A stretch of DNA of 40,748 nt from an uncultured Bdellovibrionales bacterium (GCA_964483635.1 CAZABS010000002.1:1-40748); one strand, 5' to 3'. Counted from the stretch's first letter, positions 32,765 through 40,748 are shown. The notes: generated by a model not told the origin, from the letters alone. Numbers and translations are program-made.

Positions 32765-34765
32765 TCAATTATCGTCTTTCGAACGAGCGCCCTCGATAAT
32801 TGAGCGGACTTCAGCCATATTGATATCTGGCTTTTTTCGGAGATTTTTAAACTTTTTTGGTTCGATATATTGAGCCTGAGAGAGCTTCATCGGAGTTTCT
32901 GCCGAAGCATAGCTCTTCGGCGTGGTCACTCGCTGCGTACTCGTATTTTTTTGAACTTCAGGAGTCTTTGCCGACAAAGTGCCCCCAGAGTGAGACTGCT
33001 CTTCATTTTTTGCCTTCGCTACCGCTCTCTGATAATCCCGAAGACAATCTTTACAAAATGTCGGTCTGGAATCGTCAGGTTCAAATGGTACTTCAATTTC
33101 CATCCCGCACGTTGCACACGTGGCTGGATACAGCACTCTCTCAACAGGAAGAGACGCGGCTGCCACCACAGGAAGAGACACTGACGCCTCAACCTTCTCG
33201 AGAGGAAACTTTTCGGCCACGGAATCAGTCACTGGTTTTTCCGACACTTTTGGAGGCTCTACCACGGTCGGCTTTGACTTTGGTATCTCTGTCTTTTGAA
33301 TCCGATGTTCACCGATCCTTGGTACCATTGACTGAACTCGAACGGGCTCGTTTGAGGTTTTTGATTGAGCGGTTCTCGCGGGCGGTGCCAGAACGGGTTT
33401 TGGGCGCGGACGTTCTTCGGGTCGCCTTTCAGAGACACTCGGTGACTTCGGTGATTGAAGCACGGCTCTCTTTTCTTCAGCAGAAAGCACTCCAGTCCAG
33501 CGCCGAATTTTCTCCTCCACCTCCTCTTTTTTGGTCGCATAGCGATCCCGTGAAACCTTAATCACTTTCTCGTGCGCTCCACTCTCTTCAAGAGCAATCG
33601 GTGGTAAAACGGTCGCACTAAATGCATCTCCCGTTATCCCATCGATCATGAGCTTGAGGTAAATATTGTACTTCGGGAGATTGACGAGATCATTTGGGAG
33701 AAAAATCGGTTCAAATTCTTTTTCGAGGAATTCCGCATCAGCAGCTCCTACCCGAAACGTTACGAGAGTTCCAGCGTTTCCAAACACCGCATCACGCACG
33801 GGTTCTTCGAGTTGGGTAATATACTGATTCGCCAAAATAAGATCAAGTCGATATTTTCGAGCTTCCGATAAAATGTTGGCAAAAGAATCCGTAGCAAAGT
33901 TCTGGAATTCATCAACATACAAGAAGAAATCCTTGCGTTCTTCTTCCGGGATATCCACTCGCCCCATTGCCGCGAGTTGTATTTTCGTAATCATCATTGC
34001 GCCGAGCAGTGCTGTCGAATCTTCTCCTATTTTCCCCTTGGCGAGATTCATGATGAGAATTTTTCGCTCATCCATCGCCTTGCGCACGTCAAAGGCTGAG
34101 GTTGGTTGGCCGATAATATTCCGAATGAGACTATTCGAAGTAAACTGCCCGACTTTGTTTTGGATGGGAGAAATAACCTCTTGGAGCACCCGCTCATTCC
34201 ATCCAGAAAATTCATCTCGCCAAAATGATTTCACCACGGGATCTTCGACTTTTTCAATAACCCGTTCGCGATATGATTTATCCACGAGAATTCGCATCAC
34301 CCCAAGAAGAGTTGACCCGGGATATTCGAGGAGTGCCAGAATTGCATTGCGTAAGATGTACTCGAGCCTCGGCCCCCATGAATCCGCCCAGATTTTTTTA
34401 AAAACTCCCACAAGGCCAGATGCCACAAGCGAACGTTGGTCAGATCCGACTTGTTCGAGCACGTTGAATGCAATCGGGAAATCCTGATCAGCCGGATCAA
34501 AATAAATCACGTCATTTATCCGATTGGCCGGGATGGCCTTGATGAGTTTGAGCGCTGTATCACCGTGCGGATCAATGAAACAAATACCGTGTCCCGCCTG
34601 GATATCTTGGATTGCTAAATTCTCCATGAGGTTGGTTTTCCCCATACCAGTCTTCCCCAAGAGATACATATGCCGCCGCCGATCATCCGCTTTGATACCA
34701 AAAATCCGCTCCTGATTTCGGAAATTCGTTTTGGCAAAAAAGGCGATATCAGAATTTTGGGGCAT
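32765..34765 (-). CDS. TraD/VirD4-like (T4SS coupling-protein family, FtsK-HerA superfamily) ATPase without TM segments, with a C-terminal CxxC-x17-CxxC zinc ribbon
   Basis: Walker A GKTGMGKT (aa 37-44), FFLYVDEFQNF and ARKYRLDLILANQY. A ~120-aa P/E/K-rich linker follows, then CATCGMEIEVPFEPDDSRPTFCKDC (aa 550-574, nt 33044-33118) and a basic tail. Confidence 0.75.
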   Translation of the reverse strand: MPQNSDIAFFAKTNFRNQERIFGIKADDRRRHMYLLGKTGMGKTNLMENLAIQDIQAGHGICFIDPHGDTALKLIKAIPANRINDVIYFDPADQDFPIAFNVLEQVGSDQRSLVASGLVGVFKKIWADSWGPRLEYILRNAILALLEYPGSTLLGVMRILVDKSYRERVIEKVEDPVVKSFWRDEFSGWNERVLQEVISPIQNKVGQFTSNSLIRNIIGQPTSAFDVRKAMDERKILIMNLAKGKIGEDSTALLGAMMITKIQLAAMGRVDIPEEERKDFFLYVDEFQNFATDSFANILSEARKYRLDLILANQYITQLEEPVRDAVFGNAGTLVTFRVGAADAEFLEKEFEPIFLPNDLVNLPKYNIYLKLMIDGITGDAFSATVLPPIALEESGAHEKVIKVSRDRYATKKEEVEEKIRRWTGVLSAEEKRAVLQSPKSPSVSERRPEERPRPKPVLAPPARTAQSKTSNEPVRVQSMVPRIGEHRIQKTEIPKSKPTVVEPPKVSEKPVTDSVAEKFPLEKVEASVSLPVVAAASLPVERVLYPATCATCGMEIEVPFEPDDSRPTFCKDCLRDYQRAVAKAKNEEQSHSGGTLSAKTPEVQKNTSTQRVTTPKSYASAETPMKLSQAQYIEPKKFKNLRKKPDINMAEVRSIIEGARSKDDN

Positions 34766-34825
34766 ACGAGCTAGATACGTTGATCGAGCGAAAAAAGAGT
34801 CTCACAAATGTGAACGTAAACATTC

Positions 34826-36100
34826 CTATTGTACTGGCAAATTGGCTGGTGCGCTACCACGCCGAGTCGCAACCTTCGTCAACGCTGGCGCGGTCATCGT
34901 CATATCTGGAAGATGATAAAGGGTAGCAAGTTCTTCTGATGAAAGGAGAAATCGATTGTTTTGAGGATCAGAATCGCGACCTCGATACCGCCGAAGAAGC
35001 CGTCGCTGCCGATAACGGAGGCGCGAATCAACAAAAAGATAGCTCGCGTAGGTTTTGTGAGCATCATCGGGAATCATGCTGTTTAGATTGAGATCATTAA
35101 ACTGTTTGATCCCGCCAATGAAAGAAGAAACACCCACTTGTTTGGAGAAGCCCTCACGCCGACCGAGATAGACATGCCTCATCTTAATCTTGAACATCGG
35201 CTTTCCGATATTACTTTCCAGCGCTTTCAAAACGTCTTTCTGCCCCGGGGTCAAACGGAACTCAAGCGGCTGCTCTTCCTTCGCGGCCTTTTCAAGAGTT
35301 GTCCACTCGAGCTCTTTCCCCATAAGTCCGGGAGCAAGATTCCCAAACACTTCTCCCAGAGCATGCCACAAACGTGCCAAGACTCCAATGGATTCTTCTT
35401 TGGCGTGTCCGATGTATTCTTCAACGGTAAGTTGTCCTGTTTTCGGTCCCCAATCTTCTTTGACTGGAGTCATGATCAGTTGTAGCCACAAATGCTGCCC
35501 TGGCCCGAGCTTTCCCATGGTTTCGATAAGTCCGCCAAGTGGATCGATCATCTTCCCAGTAACCGACTCTTCAAAAAATTTGTAGGTTCGTATCGGATAC
35601 GCATCCTCTTTCAAGAGTTTGAATTCTACGCCCCAGAGATCCCATTCAGCATTCGGCACCGTGCGAGGAACGTTCTTGGTATAATCTTCGACTTCGACAA
35701 TTTCGATGTCTGGATACTGCGCGTAAAAATGTGCCTCGACGAGATTACGAAACCCCTTCTGGGTTCGAATATAGAAATGAACAATTCCTTCAGTACTCAC
35801 GAGTTCGAGACTAAACGAAACAGGAAATTCCCCTTTCACAAATTCTTCAACAGCATTCGGTGACTTGATCACGCCCGCAAAGCCAGAATAAATAAGCTCC
35901 ATCGGATGTGGGCTCTTTTCAATTTCGCGCGGCGGAATAATCTCGAGAAGTACCCACTCAATTTTTCCCGCGAACTTTCCTTGAACGTGTTCCATCCAAA
36001 GGAAATCCCAGAGCGGGTAAAGCAAAGGAGGCAACACGATATACCACACGTCGTGTGCCACTCCGAGCATGAACGATAAGTTGGACAAGAGTTCGGCCAT
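34826..36100 (-). CDS. Membrane-anchored conserved hypothetical protein, putative partner of the TraD-like ATPase
   Basis: 424 aa. N-terminal hydrophobic segment FMLGVAHDVWYIVLPPLLYPLWDFLWM and C-terminal LLSSEELATLYHLP. It lies 60 nt upstream of the ATPase gene on the same strand. Confidence 0.55.
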   Translation of the reverse strand: MAELLSNLSFMLGVAHDVWYIVLPPLLYPLWDFLWMEHVQGKFAGKIEWVLLEIIPPREIEKSPHPMELIYSGFAGVIKSPNAVEEFVKGEFPVSFSLELVSTEGIVHFYIRTQKGFRNLVEAHFYAQYPDIEIVEVEDYTKNVPRTVPNAEWDLWGVEFKLLKEDAYPIRTYKFFEESVTGKMIDPLGGLIETMGKLGPGQHLWLQLIMTPVKEDWGPKTGQLTVEEYIGHAKEESIGVLARLWHALGEVFGNLAPGLMGKELEWTTLEKAAKEEQPLEFRLTPGQKDVLKALESNIGKPMFKIKMRHVYLGRREGFSKQVGVSSFIGGIKQFNDLNLNSMIPDDAHKTYASYLFVDSRLRYRQRRLLRRYRGRDSDPQNNRFLLSSEELATLYHLPDMTMTAPALTKVATRRGSAPANLPVQ

Positions 36101-36147
36101 CTGAGGCGACTCAAAAAATATTTGTATCGATCGGTGAGTCGTCCGTT

Positions 36148-37212
36148 TTACGACTTACCTACAGTATAGATGTTTTTCCCCACTTTCGTGAAGAAGGTAT
36201 TCAAGTTGATGATAACCGTAGACTTTTTGACTCGACGTACTTTCATAATAGCAGAAAGGATTTCTTCGCGAGACATTGGTTTTGCGCCAGTTTTCAGGAT
36301 ATCAGAAAGGACTTCACGTACCGTACCACGTTTGTATCCCCACTCCGCCAAAGCATACGTTCCGCGACCAACGAGAACAAAGCGCTTGTCTTTAATGAGT
36401 TCATTGTGCACGGTTTGAGGATGCGTTTTCTTGTCGACACGGTAGAGTCCGTATTCATCAATCAACCGAGCTATTTCTCGGAAATGTTTCGGTTCACCCA
36501 ACATTTTCAAAATAAGATACGCGCGCTCACGAGTACCCCGAGGACGGATAGCACTCCACGTTACCAGCCCAAAACGGCCAAAGACATTCTTATCAATTGA
36601 AAGGGCTGGCGCTAAAAAGCTTTCCAATTTTTCTGGAGTTAGTAAGAATTTCTCAAACCGTGAAGAAATTGCATTCGTCAATTCTTCAATCGTCAAGACA
36701 TCCTGGTGTGCACGAAATTTTTCTTCAATGGCCTCAATCAGCTTCTTCCATTCAGAAAGCGAAAAGGTCAGATCAACGACACATTCGTGCCGCTCTTTGT
36801 TTTCCTTGAGAATTTTTGTTCCGGGAAGAGCATGAAGAAATATAGAAAGCGCTCCTCTCTCTTTGGGATCATCATGTGCCAAAACATCGAGCAGGTGTTT
36901 TGTTGGCATAATGAGAGAAGACTTCTCGAGGACTGCTCGAATCCGTTGAACTGGGACGTTCTCACTCTGTTCAGCCAACAGGCGTTTCAAATGTCGTAAC
37001 GACGTATCAATTACTTGGCGTACTCGCTCACGCGTAATTCCATAGATCTTGCCAATTTCTTCAAGTGTCTTGTGGCTCCCATCAGCAACACCAAACCGCG
37101 CAAGGAGAATCTCGCGGGAACGATCAGGAAAACGAGTGAGCAATTGCTCAAGCGCCCGAGTAAAATCAGCGAGCGTCTTTTCGTCCTCTTTTGACTGGTT
37201 CTTTTTTGGCAT
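36148..37212 (-). CDS. Sigma-70 region-4-like HTH protein fused to a HARE-HTH/winged-helix C-terminal region (start corrected)
   Basis: ILLARFGV...KTLEEIGKIYGITRERVRQVIDTSLRHLK (region 4.2-type HTH). YLILKMLGEPKHFREIARLI...VHNELIKDKRFVLVGRGTYALAEWGY (HARE-HTH as in RNAP delta). The track start at 37230 is a TTG. ATG at 37210-37212 gives 354 aa. Confidence 0.6.
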   Translation of the reverse strand: MPKKNQSKEDEKTLADFTRALEQLLTRFPDRSREILLARFGVADGSHKTLEEIGKIYGITRERVRQVIDTSLRHLKRLLAEQSENVPVQRIRAVLEKSSLIMPTKHLLDVLAHDDPKERGALSIFLHALPGTKILKENKERHECVVDLTFSLSEWKKLIEAIEEKFRAHQDVLTIEELTNAISSRFEKFLLTPEKLESFLAPALSIDKNVFGRFGLVTWSAIRPRGTRERAYLILKMLGEPKHFREIARLIDEYGLYRVDKKTHPQTVHNELIKDKRFVLVGRGTYALAEWGYKRGTVREVLSDILKTGAKPMSREEILSAIMKVRRVKKSTVIINLNTFFTKVGKNIYTVGKS

Positions 37213-37247
37213 AAACAATAGGTAAATCAATAGTCACAGGAATACCT

Positions 37248-37277
37248 ATATTAACGCATAATCTTGTTTTTTGTCAA
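37248..37277 (-). promoter_or_regulatory. Putative promoter for 36148-37212 (TTGACA-18-TAATAT on the minus strand)
   Basis: Reverse complement of 37272-37277 is TTGACA; reverse complement of 37248-37253 is TAATAT. The site is in an AT-rich divergent intergenic region. Confidence 0.35.
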
Positions 37278-37347
37278 GAGTCTATAGAAAATACCCTCTT
37301 TTTCGGAATTTTTTCTGAATAAAAAATATATCTGTGCGAATAAATAT

Positions 37348-37376
37348 TTGCCGTTGACAATAAAAGACTCTATAAT
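37348..37376 (+). promoter_or_regulatory. Putative promoter for 37436-38197 (TTGCCG-17-TATAAT)
   Basis: Perfect TATAAT at 37371-37376, with TTGCCG at 37348-37353 and a 17-nt spacer. A 7-bp hairpin ACAGTCA-TTTC-TGACTGT (37404-37421) sits in the predicted leader. Confidence 0.45.
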
Positions 37377-37435
37377 ATCAAGTGAAAAGCAACATCAAAA
37401 AATACAGTCATTTCTGACTGTCAAAAACAAATTGT

Positions 37436-38197
37436 ATGACAGAACCTCTAGACACACTCCCCCAGGATGAGGGTGAGCGTGGAAATAAAATTCAATCACT
37501 TCGAGAAATGATCATGAATGCTGAGCGCACCATCCAAGGTGCCAAGGCGATGCTTTTGCAACTCGAAGGAAAAAAGAAAACTGGTCGCCCAAAAAAGCTC
37601 GACGAGGATGTGGAAGGCACGGTTATCGAGGGTACCTTTGATGGGCAGATTATGCTCGGAACCGACGGAAAACAATATCCCGTTCCGGCTAATTATGCTT
37701 CCAAAAGCAAGCTCGTCGAAGGTGATATGTTGAAACTAACCATTACTCCTGACGGTTCATTCGTGTATAAGCAAATCGGTCCGATTGAGCGCCGGCATGC
37801 TCTCGGTATTGTGAGTCAGGATGAGCATGGCAACTTCCATATCCTCATCGAAGGCGAACCATTCCGAGTGCTCCTGGCCTCAATTACGTATTTCCGTGCT
37901 GAGCCAGGTGACGAAGTGGCGGTGGTTCTCCCTCGCGATCTCGAAGCTTCTTGGGTAGCCATCGAAAACATTCTCCAGAAAGGCGCGAGTCGTATCGCAC
38001 CTCCAGTCAAAAAGAAAAAAGTGGCGATCGATGACTGGAAAAAGGAACTCGAAAATGAAGCACCGGGTATTCCGCAAGAACCAATCACTGCCGATCAAGA
38101 AATCGTCACACCAAAAAATGAAGTCCTCTCACCGCTCGATGCTTGGGTACGTGACATGGAAAAAATGGAGCAGCAAGAAAGCGCCCCTCAACAATAA
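37436..38197 (+). CDS. Hypothetical protein with an N-terminal coiled coil, an AT-hook-like KKTGRPKK motif and a beta-rich core
   Basis: 253-aa ORF with its own promoter and short leader. No family recognised. Acidic C-terminal tail. Confidence 0.5.
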   Translation: MTEPLDTLPQDEGERGNKIQSLREMIMNAERTIQGAKAMLLQLEGKKKTGRPKKLDEDVEGTVIEGTFDGQIMLGTDGKQYPVPANYASKSKLVEGDMLKLTITPDGSFVYKQIGPIERRHALGIVSQDEHGNFHILIEGEPFRVLLASITYFRAEPGDEVAVVLPRDLEASWVAIENILQKGASRIAPPVKKKKVAIDDWKKELENEAPGIPQEPITADQEIVTPKNEVLSPLDAWVRDMEKMEQQESAPQQ

Positions 38198-38219
38198 TTT
38201 ACTTTTAATACGTTGTATC

Positions 38220-38750
38220 ATGGAATCCGCGCCTGTTGCTCCAGAAGTCACCACCCTCCCCGTTGGAGAAGTACCTCAGTCGGTATCAGCCCCAACCGTA
38301 ACCATCACACTGCGTCTCGTTCGACTCTTCAAGCAGTTTTCAAAATTCATCATCGTCGGTGGGGTAAATACCGGGATTGATTTTGCTATTCTCAACGTCC
38401 TCATGTATCTGACGCACATCAATAGCGGTTGGCCACTTTTTATTCTCAATTGTGTCTCGTTTTCCGTCGCAGTCGTCAACAGCTACTACATGAATAGGCG
38501 TTGGACCTTCAAAGAGGCTGCCAAGGGCATCGTGGATAAAAACGCCGGGGTGCAGTTTTCCCAGTTTTTCATCGTCAGTATTATTGGTATTACCCTAAAT
38601 GGAATCGTCTTGACAACCATTACCACAAATATCTCTGCCCCATTTGGTATCGGACCACAGCTTTGGGCAAATATTGGCAAACTCTTTGCCACAGGTGTTT
38701 CACTGGTCTGGAATTTTATTGGCTACAAGTTTTTCGTCTTCAAGAAGTAA
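38220..38750 (+). CDS. GtrA-family membrane protein (start corrected)
   Basis: FSKFIIVGGVNTGIDFAILNVL, NSYYMNRRWTFK and LVWNFIGYKFFVFKK are the GtrA 4-TM signature. The track ORF begins at 38031 inside the previous gene. ATG at 38220-38222 gives 176 aa. Confidence 0.75.
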   Translation: MESAPVAPEVTTLPVGEVPQSVSAPTVTITLRLVRLFKQFSKFIIVGGVNTGIDFAILNVLMYLTHINSGWPLFILNCVSFSVAVVNSYYMNRRWTFKEAAKGIVDKNAGVQFSQFFIVSIIGITLNGIVLTTITTNISAPFGIGPQLWANIGKLFATGVSLVWNFIGYKFFVFKK

Positions 38751-38767
38751 TTCCACATACCCGCTCG

Positions 38768-38798
38768 AAAGCCCCACCGAGGGGCTTTTTCTTTTTCT
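38768..38798 (+). terminator. Rho-independent terminator after the gtrA-like gene
   Basis: AAAGCCCC-ACCGA-GGGGCTTT followed by TTCTTTTTCTTT. Confidence 0.65.
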
Positions 38799-38902
38799 TT
38801 CCGTACGAGTATAATGAGGAGTGAAGTTCGGATAACTATCTCTTCCGATTGGAGTTTTTTTTCTCAGAATTTTTGACTCTTCGCTCAATATTCAATCTCT
38901 CT

Positions 38903-40588
38903 ATGGCTTCCTATACTTTTTATCGCAAGTACCGCCCAAAGAAATTCGCCGATATCGTTGGTCAAGAAGCTGTGGTCAAGACACTGAAAAGTTCGCTTGA
39001 GCAACAGCGAATTTCACACGCCTACCTCTTCACGGGTCCGCGCGGCACTGGCAAAACTACGCTCGCAAGACTCTTCGCTCAAGCCCTCAACTGCAGCACG
39101 CGAACCGGAGCCGAGCCCTGTGGAAAATGTCCTCATTGTCTGCTCCAAGAAGAAGGTCGCTCACTCGATCTCTTCGAGATTGATGCTGCCTCACACACCG
39201 GAGTAGATAATATCCGCGAACTCCGTGAAACGGTCACGCTTCCGCCCACCATCGGAACCTATAAAGTCTATATCATCGATGAAGCGCATATGCTCTCCAT
39301 TGGAGCTTGGAATGCTCTCCTCAAAACCCTCGAGGAGCCGCCAGCACACGTCGTCTTCATTCTTGCCACTACCAATGTCGGCAAAGTCCCCGAGACCATC
39401 CTTTCGCGTGCCATGCGTTTCGATCTCTCGCAGTTTCCCGTAGACGAGATCATGAATAAACTCCAAAAAATTGCCAAGGCTGAAAAAATCACCATTGAAA
39501 AAGAGGCTCTCCTCATCATCGCAAGAGCCGCCCGTGGTGGGATGCGCGATGCCGAGATGCTCTTCACACAAGTCGCAACCCTCGAGGAATCTCCGATTGA
39601 TGGAAAGAGGGTCGCTGTTCTCCTTGGTGTTACTGATCGACAAGCCTTAGCGAAATTTCTTTCATTGGTTGCTGCCAATGATTTTCTCCATGGGCTGGAG
39701 TTTCTCCGTGAGCTCAAAAGTAGCGGGGTGAATTTTATCCCATTCTTGAATCATCTCCTCGAATACACCCGCACACTCCTCTTTTTCGCGGTTGATGCAG
39801 CTGCGGCTGCCAAGCTCAGCCCTGATATGACCAAAGAAGAGAAGGAAACCGCCAAAACGGTTGCCGAATCACTCGGAAGTCATCGAATTATCGAATGCCT
39901 TGAGCGGTTCCAGGAAGCCTGCATCAACATGAAGGAAACCCCGATTGTTGAACTTCCACTCGAAATCGCACTTGCCAAGCTCGTCCATACTCCTCCAAAT
40001 CCGAAAGCTCCGTCTGCAACCCCACCTACCCCGCCAGTGGGAATTGCATCTTCCAAACCAACGGGATCACTCACTCCACCGTCCCAATTCTCTCCAAGTG
40101 GAATAAAATCAAGTACCGTTGAACCGGCAATAAAAACTCCCCACGAAAGTGTGGCTGCTCCTGATGAGGCTCTTGCCGGGTCGAAGCAGGTATTCAAGAA
40201 CAAAATCGAAGAGCCAGATCAATCGCTCGTCAAAGCCCTTCCTGTACCTGATTTCTCGCTCATTAAGAATCGTTGGTCACAAATCGTCGCCGAAGCCAAG
40301 ACCATCAATGCTTCAGTTGGCGTCGCTCTTTCAGCTGCAACACCGACTACCGTCCGCGGAAACAAGCTCGTTCTCACCGTGAAATACCCTTTCCACAAAG
40401 AACGTCTCGAAGCCAAACAACACCGATTGACACTCGGCAAAGCCTTTGATACGATTTTGGGGCTTCAGATAGGCTGGGTTGTCGAGGTTCATGGGAAAAC
40501 AGTTGCGAAAGAAACGCCCGAGAAACGCCCAGCTATCATCGATCAAGCCCTCGAAATCCTCGGTGGCCGACTCGCACAAGAAAGCTAG
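38903..40588 (+). CDS. dnaX: DNA polymerase III subunit gamma/tau (start corrected)
   Basis: MASYTFYRKYRPKKFADIVGQE, HAYLFTGPRGTGKTT, Zn module CSTRTGAEPCGKCPHC, YIIDEAHML and SRAMRF. The track start at 38849 is a TTG. ATG at 38903-38905 gives 561 aa. Confidence 0.9.
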   Translation: MASYTFYRKYRPKKFADIVGQEAVVKTLKSSLEQQRISHAYLFTGPRGTGKTTLARLFAQALNCSTRTGAEPCGKCPHCLLQEEGRSLDLFEIDAASHTGVDNIRELRETVTLPPTIGTYKVYIIDEAHMLSIGAWNALLKTLEEPPAHVVFILATTNVGKVPETILSRAMRFDLSQFPVDEIMNKLQKIAKAEKITIEKEALLIIARAARGGMRDAEMLFTQVATLEESPIDGKRVAVLLGVTDRQALAKFLSLVAANDFLHGLEFLRELKSSGVNFIPFLNHLLEYTRTLLFFAVDAAAAAKLSPDMTKEEKETAKTVAESLGSHRIIECLERFQEACINMKETPIVELPLEIALAKLVHTPPNPKAPSATPPTPPVGIASSKPTGSLTPPSQFSPSGIKSSTVEPAIKTPHESVAAPDEALAGSKQVFKNKIEEPDQSLVKALPVPDFSLIKNRWSQIVAEAKTINASVGVALSAATPTTVRGNKLVLTVKYPFHKERLEAKQHRLTLGKAFDTILGLQIGWVVEVHGKTVAKETPEKRPAIIDQALEILGGRLAQES

Positions 40589-40675
40589 TATGATTTCTGG
40601 AGTTGATGCGATCATTGAAAATTTTGACGGATCATTGTCTGATTCATAATTCCTGACTCCTGATTCTCAGATTTT

Positions 40676-40747
40676 TGGGGAGTAGCCAAGTGGTAAGGCA
40701 CGGCGCTCTGGACGCCGCATTCGTAGGTTCGATCCCTACCTCCCCAG
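40676..40747 (+). tRNA. tRNA-Gln (anticodon CUG)
   Basis: Hand-folded cloverleaf. Acceptor TGGGGAG/CTCCCCA (U1-A72), U8 and a GG in the D-loop. Anticodon stem CGGCG/CGCCG with loop CUCUGGA. 5-nt variable loop. T-arm GTAGG-TTCGATC-CCTAC. Discriminator G73. The window ends 1 nt later, so an encoded CCA cannot be assessed. Confidence 0.85.
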
Positions 40748-40748
40748 C

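Noticed and set aside
32765-36100. Remnant of a conjugative plasmid or ICE, because of the TraD/VirD4-like ATPase
   Set aside because: The 40 kb contains no relaxase, VirB4, channel components, pilin, integrase or flanking direct repeats. No tRNA gene lies adjacent to the module, since the only tRNA sits about 3.5 kb beyond its upstream end. The flanks are housekeeping genes in the same orientation. It is treated instead as a chromosomal module (see findings).
37354-37376. Perfect TTGACA and perfect TATAAT hexamers close together
   Set aside because: They are separated by only 11 nt, too short for one sigma70 promoter. The TATAAT was paired instead with TTGCCG at the canonical 17-nt spacing.
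38903-40588. Programmed -1 frameshift site in dnaX (gamma versus tau)
   Set aside because: I scanned the gene for the A-AAA-AAG heptamer and found none. The A-runs present (CAA-AAA-ATT, GAA-AAA-ATC, GAA-AAA-GAG near 39465-39505) are not in a slippery register and lack a downstream hairpin.
1-40748. CRISPR arrays, IS elements, rRNA genes or an alternative genetic code (UGA sense)
   Set aside because: I saw no regularly spaced direct repeats and no transposase or integrase-like ORFs. TGA functions as the stop in several conserved genes, including the ATGA overlaps, so code 11 fits.

Overview
Densely coded 40.7-kb chromosomal segment. By inference from gene content it resembles a small-genome Patescibacteria/CPR (Parcubacteria-like) bacterium: minimal ProRS, archaeal-type UMP kinase, multi-LamG surface protein, stand-alone four-helix-bundle gene and an orphan TraD-like ATPase. 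The genetic code is standard, since TGA acts as the stop in several ATGA gene overlaps. Layout: (i) 1-7972, minus strand: pyrH-like, proS, an envelope quality-control cluster (HtrA pseudoprotease, membrane protein, active HtrA, parvulin PPIase, FtsB-like, a 36-aa membrane ORF) and dus. (ii) 8050-13724, plus strand: Rrf2 regulator, sufC-B-D(short)-S-U, ferredoxin and sufT, ending in a bidirectional terminator. (iii) 13749-37212, minus strand: a 23.5-kb co-directional gene train. It carries a two-subunit 2-oxoacid:ferredoxin oxidoreductase with an embedded membrane ORF, xseB/xseA (HRDC fusion), a 1183-aa 5xLamG protein, VanZ, an Avd-like four-helix-bundle gene, HAD, TrmH, a glycoside hydrolase and a DMT-like protein. 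It continues with two paralogous Cys-rich exported proteins, a CPHC thioredoxin, lgt, an AI-2E transporter, mutY and mnmA, then a TraD/VirD4-like ATPase with its 424-aa partner and a sigma-r4/HARE-HTH protein. (iv) 37436-40748, plus strand: AT-hook-like hypothetical, GtrA, dnaX and tRNA-Gln(CUG). I saw no CRISPR array, rRNA, transposase or integrase. Six ORF-track entries carry artefactual 5' extensions, and corrected starts are given. The strongest novel-system candidate is the orphan split coupling-protein-like translocase module at 32765-37212. Secondary candidates are the membrane ORF wedged into the OFOR operon, the Cys-rich paralog pair with CPHC thioredoxin and Lgt, the HtrA pseudoprotease pair and the HRDC-XseA fusion. 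All family calls come from motif recognition by eye, and no database search was possible.
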